A stretch of DNA of 64,000 bases from Octopus vulgaris (taxonomy: Eukaryota): assembly GCA_951406725.2 (NCBI GenBank), contig OX597817.1:65534001-65598000 (forward strand), in the 5' to 3' direction. Numbering within the stretch: the first letter of the stretch is position 1; every line of letters begins with the position of its first letter. This document shows, one piece after another, positions 12,600-29,272 of this stretch. Under the pieces are notes generated by a model that was not told the origin of the DNA, made no database searches, and saw nothing but the letters and a program-made list of their open reading frames with translations. The position numbers were made by a program, and so were the translations under genes.

Positions 12600-13385
12600 G
12601 CGAGGATGTCCTTATGCGAAAGCCTGACCAGCTAAAAATAGCAGCAAAATATAACTGAATTACTCTTATATTATATACATCATATCAGTAAAAATAAAAG
12701 CAGAAAGACGGAGCGGGATATTCCTTACTGCTCATCATAAGTCTGATTAATTATGGTTGAACTAGAGCTAACAAAAACACTAAGAAGGAGAATCACTATA
12801 CAAAGAGTTTGCGTGATTCACAGAACCTGGAAACCTCTGTACAGATCAACCGACCTTCTAGAAATACAACCAAATTATCCTTATATCGTGCACTATCGTC
12901 TCAAAGGAAAGGCGTACATATTGGACAGCGTAGTCCAAAATACAAAAAATGACACAATGGTCACGGTTGGATTATAGGTTTCCTTAATTGTGATTGCTCT
13001 GGGCTTATCAGTTACTGTTATACGGAATAAAGAAACGGTAAAACGTACAAAATTCCTTGGAAGAATCACAGTTGCCTCATTTGGATAACAGAAACAAACA
13101 ACAATTATAATGTACAAACAATATATTAGATCCGCCATGGACTATGCTAACAAAGTAAAGGTACCCACCACTAATCTGTCTTCAAGGAACTGCACGTGCT
13201 AACACTGCACCTATACATAGTTGCTTACTTACGAGAAATAGCAGCTTATTCTCCTTCGGATCCCATTATAGCATCTTAAAAAAATGACTTATTTTAGGAC
13301 AATGTAGTTTTGGGTTCTTTGCACATTGGAATGGTCACGGCTGAACTACCTTTGATCCTACCTTTACTCGATAAGGATTTACACA
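12600..13385 (+). repeat. Three degenerate copies of an old ~200-bp interspersed repeat (family E)
   Basis: Recurrent motif gacc(t)gct.gaaatagcagc.aa...tggtcacggct(g)ga. Also seen at ~16730-16950(-), 22120-22310(-), 29820-30045, 30160-30355, 31620-31820(-), 37740-38030, 46880-47030(-) and 58950-59110. Confidence 0.6.
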
Positions 13386-13649
13386 AAGACACACAGTATA
13401 CAAAGCGACTAACTTTACATCACGTGTTACAAACAGATTTGATATATTGTCCTGATATACAGCAAAAATAACGAAAGACTTAAAATGAAACAGTACATTA
13501 TCATGCAAGGGTACTACTTGTTGTCTCAGCAATCTCCAACCTTCACAATCCCTGACATTTCTTGCACGATCACCTCCAAAAGAAAGAAACGCATGTACAG
13601 CACCTCGGGACATATTACAAGAGTAAATATGTTTCCCATTCAGCCCAGA

Positions 13650-16400
<2,751 letters not shown>

Positions 16401-17622
16401 CTAAAGTACATATAGCTGCTTTCTTTTGTAGCAACATATAAGTTAATGATAACTCGATACCTTCAAGTACTGCTTCCTTTGCAATAGCGTTAAGTTGATG
16501 TTTCTTTCTCCCTTTTCTCCCACTAGTTTTTGAAACATTAAAAATAGGCTTAAGTGTGCTGCTCTTCTTCTTCTGACTAAGCCATACAAATATGATTTGA
16601 GCCATATTTTTAGTAACCCATAACATCATCATTTGATTTCTCCCTATACATCCCCAGAATACAAAGGTTAATCAGTTCGAAAACAGCCCCCAATACACTG
16701 AAACCCTTATCGTCATCGTCGTCGTTGTTGTTTCGTCCAAGGTGAACTTTGATCGAGTAGAGCTATGTTTAATCTAAGGCGTGTCAGCCGTGATCATCTA
16801 ATTCATTAATTTATCTATAAATACATTGTTGAAAATGTCCTTTCTTTTTTAAGACGGTATTGTATAAATTGAGGAAGGTTAGGTCGCTGTTTTTTTTTTG
16901 TTTTGTTTTGCAGGCCAAACGACACGACTGCATGCAGAGTCCTCATAGGCTCGCTGAAATAATTGTTAGCGTCAACATACATTGTTTACTGTTCATACAT
17001 TCAATTGTTTCTGACCTCTAAAGTTGTCAACATGCATCATAGAAAAATAAAAGAAAAGCAAACGAGAAAAAAATCCGCTTAACAATTGTTTCAGCTGTTT
17101 TGGAGCAAATGTGTGGCTCTTTGAATTAATTGCCTTCCTCCCACCCACAACTTTGAAAATTGTCATTCTACAAATCCCTATCATATTTAAAACACCACCA
17201 TTAACAACCACAGCTGTCCCCTTGTCACCTTGCATTCCAATAATTGACCGAGTTGGTGGTAGCTGTTTAGATATAGAAAGAGGTAGCTAGCTAGATATGA
17301 AGATAGAAAGTGGGAGAGACAGAGATAGAAGAGAGAGAAAGGAAATGACAGAGAAATACACCGTGAAGAGAGAAAGGGAGAGAGGAAGGGAGAAAGAGCG
17401 GGAACGAGAGGGAGAGAGAGAGAGAGAGAAGGAGAGAAGGGAAGAGTAGGGGATCACATTGAACGAATTCCATTCAATGTAATAATTTGTCCTCCATTCA
17501 TATTTCTGTTCCGGAAATTGTCACCCTTTTCCTCTTCCTTGTGTTCCTAACTCTCACCTTTTCAATACCCTACCGCCTACACTTGGTTATAAATATATAT
17601 ATATATACACACATATATATTG

Positions 17623-17657
<35 letters not shown>

Positions 17658-17904
17658 CGCGTGTGTGTGTGTGTGCATGTGTGTGTGCGTGTATGTGCGT
17701 GTGTATGTATGTGTATGTGCGTGTGAGTGGGGACGTGTATGTAAGTGGGAACATACCTGTGTCGAAGATGGGGCGTGCACGTGTGTCTGTAAGGGGCCTT
17801 TTTTTGTTTTATTACCATTTCACGCCTACAAAACCACATCTCGAACTGAAATAAATTTCTTTAAGGCACACTTTTGATTTTGTTCTTCTCTCTCTCTCTC
17901 TCTC

Positions 17905-18035
<131 letters not shown>

Positions 18036-18654
18036 GCATGTGTATATATATATATGTGTGTGTATATATATGTCATTGTACGTACGTATTTATGTGTATA
18101 CGTATATATAATGTATGTATGTATATATGTATGTAAAAGATGATTTACCACCTCCATGGTTTTCAATTTCCCTTCACGTTTATTTCTAACCTCTTTTCCT
18201 TGAGGTTTATTCATACAATAAAAGTCTATTATTATTTAGTCCCAAAATACATATATTTTCCAGGAAAAAGTATATATTCAGAAAAACATTATACACTAGG
18301 GATTTCATTTTACGCCAACATACAAACTCGCACGGATATAACTCGCATGCGCACACATACATGCACACACGCATGCACATATACACTCACATGAGCGTAG
18401 AGACAAATATAGATACACAAAAGATGCGCATATATGAAATACCAAAGAAGCTTTAAATATAACTTGCATGCGCACACACACACACGCACACACACGAACG
18501 CATGCACACACACACACACATATAATATTTATGTATGTGTGTATACACACATACACATATACACAAACACACACAGAGAAAAAGAGATTAAGATAGATAG
18601 ATAAATAGAGAGAAAAAGAGAAAAAGAGAGAGATTGGTAGCGAGAAAGATGTGT

Positions 18655-19020
18655 GAATGTAAGAGAAGGCTGGAAAGTGGAGTATTTTCCAATTCAAGTC
18701 GGATGTAGAGGGTTTGTTGGACACAGTGTGAGACGACGGTTGTTATCATTAGGCCTAACTCATCGTAAAGTAAATACCACCATGACCAATATCCAAACTA
18801 CAGTGGAAATGGCTAGCCACTGGATTTGGTTAAAAAGAGACGATGAGCGATGGCTAGAAGAATATTGAGCTATTTTTAATAACCAGTTGATCTAGCAAGC
18901 AGGGCCTCATATCAGTGATGGGGGTCGGTGCGCATTGATGCCGTCGAGAGGCAGGCCCCGAAACGGCGCACACTCTCTCCTGGTTGCAATGTTACACAGC
19001 CAAACAGGTGTATAATAGGA
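18655..19020 (+). mobile_element. 3' end of a HERO-like restriction-endonuclease LINE (5'-truncated) with 3' UTR
   Basis: Open frame GWKVEYFPIQVGCRGFVGHSVRRRLLSLG...VEMASHWIWLKR..* (stop at 18868), matching the PIEVGCRGF...AERASxWLWxKR C-terminus. Confidence 0.8.
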
Positions 19021-19029
19021 AAATACTAT

Positions 19030-19839
19030 GAATTATGTTTACCCAGAAATGTTAATACGAACGGAATAAAACAAGTTTCAAGTAAATCGGACAAGTAATT
19101 ATTAGAGGTTTTCAGATATAAATACCCGAAACGGTTCATATTGGGAAAATATTTTGAAAATAATCTTAATCCTGAAAGGGATGAAACTCTTATCTTTCGA
19201 TTAGACACAGTAACTTGACAACGAAAAAATCACGAGTTTTTTCAGTAAATGTTTCTATTTTTGCGTTTGTTAAACACGATATTTTAATCATTTAGAAATA
19301 TTTTTAAGTGAATGTGATTTCAAAAATGTAAATTGTTTGTACAGTAAGTATTTATATTTTAGCTTTCTTTAAACAGACAATATCTTAATGTTTTTTAAAA
19401 ATTATTTTCGTGTGAATACCATTACAAAATGTTTTTTGGTGAATTTTTAAAATGTTTCAAAGTGAAAATGACTTTAAAAATATAGTAAAAATTTTGTAAA
19501 AGACCCATTCTAACCTCGGTGTGAAATAGTTTTTTTCCATACGAGTGCATTCAACGTATATCACCTCCGAAGATTTAGCTGTTATTTCTAGCACACACAG
19601 CTACCACGTAACAGCTATTTGCGATAAAGGACCCGAAATAGATGTTACGTGGTAGCAGGGTGTGCAAGAAATAACAGCCAAATCTTTCTTGTTCAGGGGA
19701 AAGGGGCCGTTTACGCTTGATTTCGATGACAGATTCGTTGAAAGCATGCGAAATAACCCCACGAAACAAAACTCCGTTGCTAAGAAACTCAGAGTTTGCC
19801 GGTGACCCAACGGGTCACGGGTAGTCTAGTCTAGTCTAG
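19030..19839 (+). mobile_element. Non-autonomous Helitron 3' portion
   Basis: Hairpin gtgaccc-aac-gggtcac (19802-19818) followed by CTAG-T three times (19826-19840). 5' boundary uncertain. Confidence 0.7.
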
Positions 19840-19869
19840 TATGTATATATATATATTCATGCATACATT

Positions 19870-19919
<50 letters not shown>

Positions 19920-19925
19920 CATACA

Positions 19926-19979
<54 letters not shown>

Positions 19980-21107
19980 TATAAGTAAATAAATGGAGTT
20001 CAACGCAGATGCTATTCAAATTCTTTTACTTTCGACATATGTTTCGAAGACAACATTGGTTTTATTCCAAAGGAATAAACAGTGTAAAATGCAATCTTCT
20101 CATCAGGAAAGAAAGAGAGCGTATCTCAACAAGACATTATAACAATTTTGATGATTGCATAAATGATAAACAGAACGTTATTAAGTATTTTTAAATAACC
20201 GTTAGTAGATTCGACGTCAAGGCAGATACTAGAAAGAGAAGGGGTAAAGAAATAATAAGTAGAGAACAAATAAAGAGGGATATTTTGGTTGAAAAAATGT
20301 TCAAAGGCTTGGAAGTAGATTTCTCTATTGAAGTAAAGTGCAAGTTAAACAGGGTTTCCAGTAAAATCACACTTTCCCCAACAGAACGCATGACCAAACA
20401 ATCGTCAGATACTAGAAAATATAGGTGCCGTTCTCATGTACTGAAGGTGTAAGTATTTAAATTTTCAGTGCAAAAGCACTCTCCTTACTGTTCTTCTCAG
20501 GCTTGCAGGTAGACTAGAAGAGTTAGTACAGTTTCGGATAAAATACCATGCGGTATTTAGAAACTTTTTTATTTACGCTCAACTCCAGTTTATGCCAATT
20601 TCGCATTTCATTCTTGCAAGAGAAAAAATATACTGGTTTAAAATAATATACGTTAGAGAAAAATAATATACTGGTTTAAAACTAGGGATCGATATAATTG
20701 ATAATTCCCTCAAAATGTTAGCCTATACCCGTTTATCTAACTCTCTCTAATCACATATATGTATGTTAGCCTGTCACTGTATTTCGACGGTTTACCTGAC
20801 TCCAGTCTTTTTATGCTGTTTAATTTTTAGCTCATTCGTCTGCTTGATTGTCCTTCACATTTTCTAACTATCTACTTTCTTTCTGCCAATTTATCAAACT
20901 TTCTCTCGGTGTTTCTTTTTGAAACTTCTTTCTTCCACCTCTCTTTTCCTCTAAATATACACATACATAAATCAATGCATGCATGCATTATGCAGAGACA
21001 CACTCACACAAACACACACACACACACACGTATACACACATACATATATATATACATATACACTTACCCTTATTATATATGAGCGTGTGTATATGTGTTT
21101 ATGTATG

Positions 21108-21146
<39 letters not shown>

Positions 21147-21690
21147 ATATATATATCCGTCCTTTTTGTGTATATCCATTTGTCTTTCGGTCTATGTCTC
21201 TCTGCCTCTTTCTTTCACAATGTTCGTTTTCTCACCCACTTTCTCTGTCTCTCAATGCCTGTGTGTGTGTGTTTGTATGTGTATGTTTTAGTGCGTCTGC
21301 TGTGTGTGTGTCTGTGTGTGTGTGAGTGTCTGTATGCGTGCATGTGGTATGTATGTGTGTTCAAATGTCTGTCGTTTTTGTATCTGTCTGTATGTATGTC
21401 CATCTAATTACGCCTCAGCTTGAATCACTGTCAAATTTCCGACTTTATATATTGCTGGACTTTGGTGACGTTAATTGCAGATCAGAGTATAGACTGAGGC
21501 ATAGATATATATTATAGACGTTTTTCTATTTCACTCTTTAACCACTATCACTACCACCACTGCCATCAACACCGACACCACTCCAACAACAACACCCCAG
21601 CCTTACCTCAGGTACCTCCACCCACTCAACTCTCCCCACTTCATTTCTCTTTACATTCCGGGCATTCATATAAATAGACTGATAATTTTC

Positions 21691-21751
<61 letters not shown>

Positions 21752-21899
21752 ACATATATGTACATACAAACGCGTACATATACACATACATATATTTGTG
21801 TGTGTGGTCATATATATACACATATATACAAGCATATATACACACACGTAAGATGTATACATAAACTGAAAGACACGTATGTATGCATGTACGTATACA

Positions 21900-21900
21900 C

Positions 21901-21931
<31 letters not shown>

Positions 21932-22030
21932 TGTATGTATGTATGTATGTATGTATGTATGCATACATGTATGTATGTATGTATGTATGTATGTATGTAT
22001 GTATGTATGTATGTATGTATGTATGTATGC
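21900..22030. repeat. (ATGT)n microsatellite
   Basis: Direct reading. Similar tracts at 26589-26735, 52997-53230, 56313-56528 and 60762-60846. Confidence 0.97.
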
Positions 22031-22306
22031 ATGTGTGAATATACGGACGTATATACATATAAAGAGGAAAAGAATTGGATAGTATTTTCTACGTCATTAG
22101 CAAACAGGTGAGAATATAATTGTTCTAGTTGTCGCTGGCAATTCAGCTCTATAGAATAGACCTACGATTAAAAATGATCCAATGGTGACAATCCCGTCTA
22201 TGATTGCCGTTTTCGTTTTTTCTTCCAAGGATAACATAACTACGTATTTCTCGTTTTGAAGACAGAAGGGAGTGTTTTATTCAGGAAATTTAGCTACGAC
22301 TTCTAT

Positions 22307-22445
22307 AGTAGCGTAAACGCCGGAGGGCGGTCCTCCCCAGGCAACGGTTTCATAGGGCGACATTTTGGGTCCACTGTATAGAATTCAGGGCTCGGGAGGC
22401 GGAAAACTTAGAGGTTGTCTCAGGGGGCACTCACCCTACATCACT
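22307..22445. mobile_element. Possible short GC-rich hAT-type MITE remnant
   Basis: GC-rich island from gtagcgtaaacgccggaggg to ccctacatcac, with degenerate inverted ends. Confidence 0.3.
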
Positions 22446-23517
22446 TGATTTCTATAACGTTAATGAGTGCCAACACAGGACTTCCCTCGCTGGATTGTTT
22501 CGACTACTATTAATGTTGTTTGGGAGAGGTGCTAATTCAAGAGTTTGTTTCTGTAACATGTATAGTATGAAAATTGGAGAAGTGCCTCTGTATCCTTAAG
22601 TATCGCGAACTGTCTATCATTTTCTTTTCCTGTCGGTTTGTTTGCCTGTTTCTATGCATGCATCAATCGTTTTATCTGGTAAAATTTCCCTTAGCTTGAC
22701 ATATTGGCAACATATCCAGTTGATTTGTTTATTTCTCTACATGCCTCTTTGTCTGTCTATGTATCTATCTATGTTCTTTTATTCTTTTAAACTTTTATTT
22801 TAGTCATTGGACTACGACCATGTCTGAGCACCGTCTTCGTGGGTTTTTCTGATTAAGCAGACTCCACTACTTATTCTGGTACATATATATTCTGGTAGTT
22901 ATTCTATCGGTTTCTTTTCGTTAAACAGCCAGGTCAGGGGAAGTAAACCGTATTTTGAAAATTTGTTAAGAAATGTTTAGTATATCAACCATAAACACCA
23001 CTGCTGTCCTCGGATTCGTATGACTGGTTCTCTCTACAGACATTTTCTCTCAATGGTGAATATGGAAATTTATTATATAGCGATACAGAATGGACTTGTA
23101 CAATTAGACAATAGTAAAAAAATATATACAACTGCAATTTGAGTTAACCAGCACATATATAGAAACATAGAAACATACATACATACATGATTGTATGTAA
23201 GCATGTACGTTTGTTCGTATGTATGCATGCATAAATTTATGCTTGCATGTTTGTATGAGATTTAAGTTTCTTCATGCCAGTTTCTAATGATGTTACAATC
23301 ACTTCTAAATAAGTCTTTGGCTTTTGTATGAATGTGAAAGAGTTAGCGTGTACGTATGTGATCACGGGCATGCATGAATATGGATAAACTTGCGCTCATT
23401 CAGTGGGTGTGTATGTCAGTTTAGTACACAAATGTGTGTATTTCATTTCTTCTTATATATATCTGTGTATATATTCCATGTATGCATGCGATTGTGCATG
23501 TATGTGTGTGTGTGTGT

Positions 23518-23570
<53 letters not shown>

Positions 23571-24530
23571 CGTGCGCGTGCGTGCGTGCGTGCGTGTGTT
23601 TTCAATGCAGAAATCTCAAGTAGATAAGTCCTGGATTGTTTAACAAATGTTTCACTGTACCAAAATCCGATAGTATTAGAATGCAAATCAATTAATTTTT
23701 TTTTTAGATAACTCATTTTTTACTCTTTTTAAATGCAAATCTGTTGTTTCATAGTCCAATGCATCTGTGATAATAGGTACAAATAAGGAACCATATTCTG
23801 AATTAAGAACTGTAAATTTAATCATTTAGTTCACTATTTCAGATCTTTTTCCCAGTTGTCTATATAAAAGTGTGAATTTTAAATGGCAACAACATTAAAT
23901 CTGTAATCTGCAGAGAAAGACAGTAGCGGTTCATATTGCAGAAGACCATTGTTGAAGAGACTAGCCAGCAAAAACTGACATGAACACTGGCTGCATTCGT
24001 TTAATTTCTGGTGTTGGTATGCTCTCTTGATGGGAGCTGAAAGGTGTGCATTCAACAATCTTCATTGGTCCGTTTATTGTTGATGTCACTAGCTTATTTA
24101 ATCTGCATTCCACTACCTTTACTTGTCTTCATGCAGACGTCATAAATCTATGTGATATATCCAGTTCTTATATTTAATTATTCGACAGAATCAAACGCTA
24201 AAGGTTACAGGCCGTTTCTTTATGTGAAAAAAAATCGATTAGTGAGAGAACAATCTAAAAACTCAATAGGTAACCATTACTATTGGTTTCACTCAACCGA
24301 ACTAAATAAACATACTACTGTATAGTGTAGTATTTGTCTAGTTCGTTACCACATTTACGATGTGCATGCATATATGATTGTATGTGCACGCGCAGCCTTC
24401 GAATTGTTCTATCCAAACGCTTTATGAGCTTCGAGATCCGCTTCAAGATGCAGTGCTCTCAAAAGGAATGATGTGTTTGTGTGTATGTATGCATACATAT
24501 ACATACATGCATATATATATATATATATAT

Positions 24531-24841
24531 ATAATAGTTATCGCCATACTAATATGGCATTCTTATAAAAATAAGAATAAAGCTGTCCGCTTATTAGTTC
24601 CATGAGGCCATCGCCTTAAGTTAGCTATTTGATACACAAACTGTATCCCTTGTTCGAAGGTTATATGGATACAGTTTGTGTATCAAATAGCTAACTTAAG
24701 GCGATGGCCTCATGGAGCTAATAAGCGGACAGCTTTATTCTTATTTTTATAAGAATGCCATATTAGTATGGCGATAACTATTATTTTCCGGGAACGCTGC
24801 CGCTGTTCTCTTTTAGAGAGACTTAGTAATTTTAATATTTC
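24531..24841. mobile_element. Fold-back element in (TA)n: 118-bp arms (24531-24648 / 24667-24784), 18-nt loop, ~55-bp unpaired extension
   Basis: Arms are reverse complements with one mismatch seen (gttcc vs gctcc). (TA)n on both sides. Confidence 0.9.
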
Positions 24842-24887
<46 letters not shown>

Positions 24888-25081
24888 GAAATATATATAT
24901 ATATATATATGCATACATATATGTATAAATGTATATATGTATATATAGGTATGTAGATAAATACATACACATATAAATATACACAGTCACACACGTATAG
25001 TAAAATACATCGCTGTATCATTTTGGATTTAGACAACCAAACAACGTACAGCCATCTTCAGTGAAACATGCTCTCATGCAG

Positions 25082-25122
<41 letters not shown>

Positions 25123-25209
25123 CACACATATATATATGTACATATATGAGTGTGTATATGTGATGAATATTCATATGCGTATACACACGCACACACACAC
25201 AAGCACACG

Positions 25210-26679
25210 TACACACATATTCTTTTATTCTTTTACACATTTCTCTCATTTGATTGCGGCCATGTTGGAACAGCACTCTAAAGGATTTTAGTCGAAGACA
25301 TCGACCCCAGCACTTGTTCTTTGAAAGCCTAAGACTTATTCTATCAATCACTTTTGCCGAACCGCTAAGTTACGAGGAGATATACACACCAACATCGGTT
25401 GTCAAGCGATGTTGGTGGTGGTGGGGGACAAACACAGACACAAAGACAAACACAAATAAATACATTTTCATATATATATGTACATATACGAGGGAGTGGA
25501 GAAACGAAAGAAGAGCACTCAGCGAATTTATTGGGATTTACATGTATGGATCAAAGCAGTTTGAATCAAATTCGTTGGTACTCTTGAGTTTAACCCGTGA
25601 TGCTAGTAGTCAGCTATTTTGAATTTGAATGACGGAAGTTGATTGTTATTACCGGAAGGTGGGCTGCGATTCGTCGAGGAAGGTCACGCGGTGTCGTGGT
25701 TTGATGTTGGTATATGGGTAACAGTTAGTTGTAAAATAACGCATGGTGAACAGGAAATTGACACGTGGAGGAGAGAAAATAAATCACGTGGCGGTTAGGT
25801 TGTTGTTGTTGCTGTTGTTGGGGGGAGGGAGTTCTAAGGGCCGGCCTGTGCAAGTATATAGTTCTATATGTGGGTGTGTAGATGCGTTCATATGGTTTTG
25901 CGAGTATGTGTGTATTGGTGCGAGCCTGCGCGTCTGTACATGGGTGCGCATGCACACATTTGCGCACGTACTCTCTCTCTCTCTCACACACACGCATACA
26001 CTTGGACAAACAATCACGCGCGCGCACGCAGACACATATCATGCACGCGCCTACGCACACTTGCACACACATATACGCATACACACACATGCATAATCAA
26101 TTCATTTATATGTACATATATATATTTGCATGCATGTACACATGTATACCAATGTGTGCAAACACACCAATGCGCGTGTATGGGTATGTGTGGGTGTGCG
26201 TGCGCCCATGCACAGATGCACATGCTCGTATCAATACACACAAAACGCAAAACTATATAGCGCGTCTGTACACCCATATATAGAACTATATACTGCACAC
26301 GCCACCCCTTCCTGAACAACAACCTGAATGATTTCCTGTCCGCCACGTGGTATATTTCCTGTCCTTCACGTTGTCAATTTCCTGTTCGCCATGCAGTATC
26401 TTCCAACTAACTCTTACCCATATACCTACATCAAACCATGACACTGCGTAACCTTCCTCGACGAATCGCAGCTCACCTTACGGTAATAACAATCAACTTC
26501 TATCATTCAAATTCAAAATGGCCGACGACTAGCATTATGGTTGAAACTAAAGAGTACCAACGAATTTGAATCAAACTGCTTTATCCAAATGTATGTATGT
26601 ATGTATGTATGTATGTATGTATGTATGTATGTATGTATGTATGTATGTATGTATGTATGTATGCATGCATGTATGTATG

Positions 26680-26713
<34 letters not shown>

Positions 26714-26890
26714 TGTATGTATGTATGTATGTATGTATATATATATATACATGTATATATATATGAAAAGCTTCCTTCAGTTTCCGTCTACTAAATCCAC
26801 TGACGAGGTTTTGGTCGGCCCGAGGCTATAGTACAAACCACTTGGGACTAGACTTGAAACCATGTGGTTGAAAAGCAAGCTCGAAACCCA
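25210..26890 (-). mobile_element. SINE family A split by a 1-kb foldback
   Basis: Tail half at 25460-25210 and head half at 26890-26770, same strand and correct order. Confidence 0.65.
25547..26587. mobile_element. ~1.04-kb foldback/MITE-like element with ~400-bp diverged inverted arms
   Basis: tggatcaaagcagtttgaatcaaattcgttggtactc...gctgcgattcgtcgaggaagg... matches the reverse complement of ~26195-26587. Confidence 0.9.
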
Positions 26891-27057
26891 CAAAGCTTTT
26901 GGATAGAACAATATGTATGTAATGTTTAATAGTACGTCGAAAGGCATGAGTCGTTTGGTAGACAGAGATCTTTACATTTTGACCAGAACGATAGTTGAAG
27001 AAAGTCTTTTTCAAATACTCTAATTACATCAAAACAATTTTACTAAAACCTTCTATG

Positions 27058-27150
<93 letters not shown>
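27058..27150. repeat. (TATC)n microsatellite
   Basis: Direct reading. Also at 30767-30825 and 33892-33975. Confidence 0.97.
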
Positions 27151-27665
27151 ATGTGTGAGTCTGTGTGTGTATTAATATATATATATATATATACATACAC
27201 AATTATAGGTACACACATGCGCGCACACACACGCACACACATACAAAAATGGGGAAAAGGTTGGAAATATATCAAACTTTTATATGCATGTTTTATTTCA
27301 TGAATTTATATGTAAGAAAATAAATGTCTTCGTATTATAGTTTGATTGAAAATATGTTGATGTACGTATTCATAAGACAAGTTTGACATATAAAACACAA
27401 GTGAAAAGGGGAGAAAAAAATGGGGTCACCTGTTACTTCGAGTTTTCCGTATAAAAAAAGGCTTTACTGTAGGCATTTTTGCGTATGCTTCGAATAAGAA
27501 AGGTTTTGTAGTAACAGAAAAATGTTATATTTATATGAACAGGATCCGGTTTACTTTGACATTCGGCTTTAGAAAGTTTGGGATAATTTTTCCGCAGTTG
27601 AAACTGTGTAGATTAATGAATAAGTATGCATGCCGCTTACACACACATACGCGGGTGCATGCACG

Positions 27666-27719
<54 letters not shown>

Positions 27720-27929
27720 TACATACATACATACATACATACATACATACCTACATGCATGCATGCATACATACATACACATACACCACATACATACAGA
27801 TGAAGATTATGCAAGAGCGACACACTTTTCTTAATCGATAAAGGTAATGTAAAGTGCACATATTAGTTAACACTTACTGCACAGTAATTCTTCTTATCGC
27901 TCTTCATGATTGCTGGAAAATACGGGCTC

Positions 27930-28780
27930 TGAGTAGAAACAATGAGTCGTCATCACACCATGGACAAGAACAATAGGGAGGAAGAGGATTAAAGGAGGGG
28001 GAATCAGCATTGCAGAGAAATTTCGCAGTAGAAGACTGTCAGCTTCGACCATTGACACAAATCACCATCAAATGGACCAATTGTTTCGTGCAGACAGGCG
28101 AGTTACAATGCTGCACAGTAGGATTGTGGTCACAATGTATTAAGAGAGATGGTGAAAAATTGTGGGTTTTGGAAACTATGAACAAAATGAGTATCTTAAC
28201 AGTTGATACCAGATTTGAAGGAGAGAAAAGTAGAATCTGCATTGATCAAATGAATCAAGGGAATCAAGTGAAGCCGATGAAATACATTTTTCCGGATATG
28301 GCGCCCATATTTTTATGATCCGAAAACGAATGATCGGTTCATGTAATGGCATCACGCCTCTTCTCCTGTAGCTAAAATCTTCAAGAGCCACCGTTCAACA
28401 GAGAAAGTCATAAGGATTGCTTTTGGGGATGACTCGGGCATCATTTTCCTTGATTTTCAGGAGCAGAAATTCAGAACGAGAAATATATCTCTGCGTGTGT
28501 GTTTGCGTTTGTGTGCGTACACACACACACTCACCCTCCCACACACACACACATAACATGCACACAACATGGAAGTCAGTGAGAAAATGTGAAAACGTGA
28601 AAATAGCGTAATTATTATTTGGCTGCTCGAGGAAAAGCATCTTGCTCATGCCACCCAGACAATATGTCACCTTATTCATTCGCACAAAATTTTGTAACGC
28701 ACACTGACTCGCTAGTAGCTTCCACTAGCATAAACATACTTCACGCCAGTGCATTCCCACACGGTCGATATACTTCTTCC
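27930..28780 (+). pseudogene. Decayed mariner transposase
   Basis: DTNHHQMDQLFRADRRVTM (HTH region), WHHASSP..KIFK, F.D..GIIFLDF, ILL..PDN remnants. Confidence 0.65.
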
Positions 28781-29241
28781 TCTCAACACACGCTCGCTCA
28801 TTTTTGCTGAAAAGATAAACATCATTCTCCATTCATTTTCTGTCAACTGTTACAGTATGTTGTATCTCTAAACCAACATCGTGTTTCTCTCTATCTAATT
28901 TTTAATTTTCGCTTTTCCTTTCTATGTTGACGAAGGGTAACTGTCCAAAACGTCTATATTTTCTCCTTTTCTGCACAGTACTATTGCATTGACTTCGTAG
29001 TTTTGTCTTCCCTTATTGATTTGTTCTGGCTCGTGTTTTATCTGAATATTACTTACGGGCAGGCTACTTCTAATAATGGGCTTTTACTGTCATCTTGGTG
29101 ACTACTGCTTCTCTCTGCCATCGCCATCATCGCCCCCACCGCGTGTTTCTTTTCTCTATTTGTATGTCCGCCCTTATAAACAAACACACACACATACACA
29201 CACATTCAAACACACACAAATATATACATACATATACACAC

Positions 29242-29272
<31 letters not shown>

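Noticed and set aside
18143-18175. Minus-strand TTGAAAA-cca..tgg-TAAA
   Set aside because: 3-bp stem, G12 missing and no stem I; chance level in AT-rich DNA.
24745-24785. Hammerhead in the 24.5-kb fold-back (ataagaat-gccata-ttag-tatggc-gataac)
   Set aside because: A stem-loop is present, but G5 and GAAA are absent; at most a relic.
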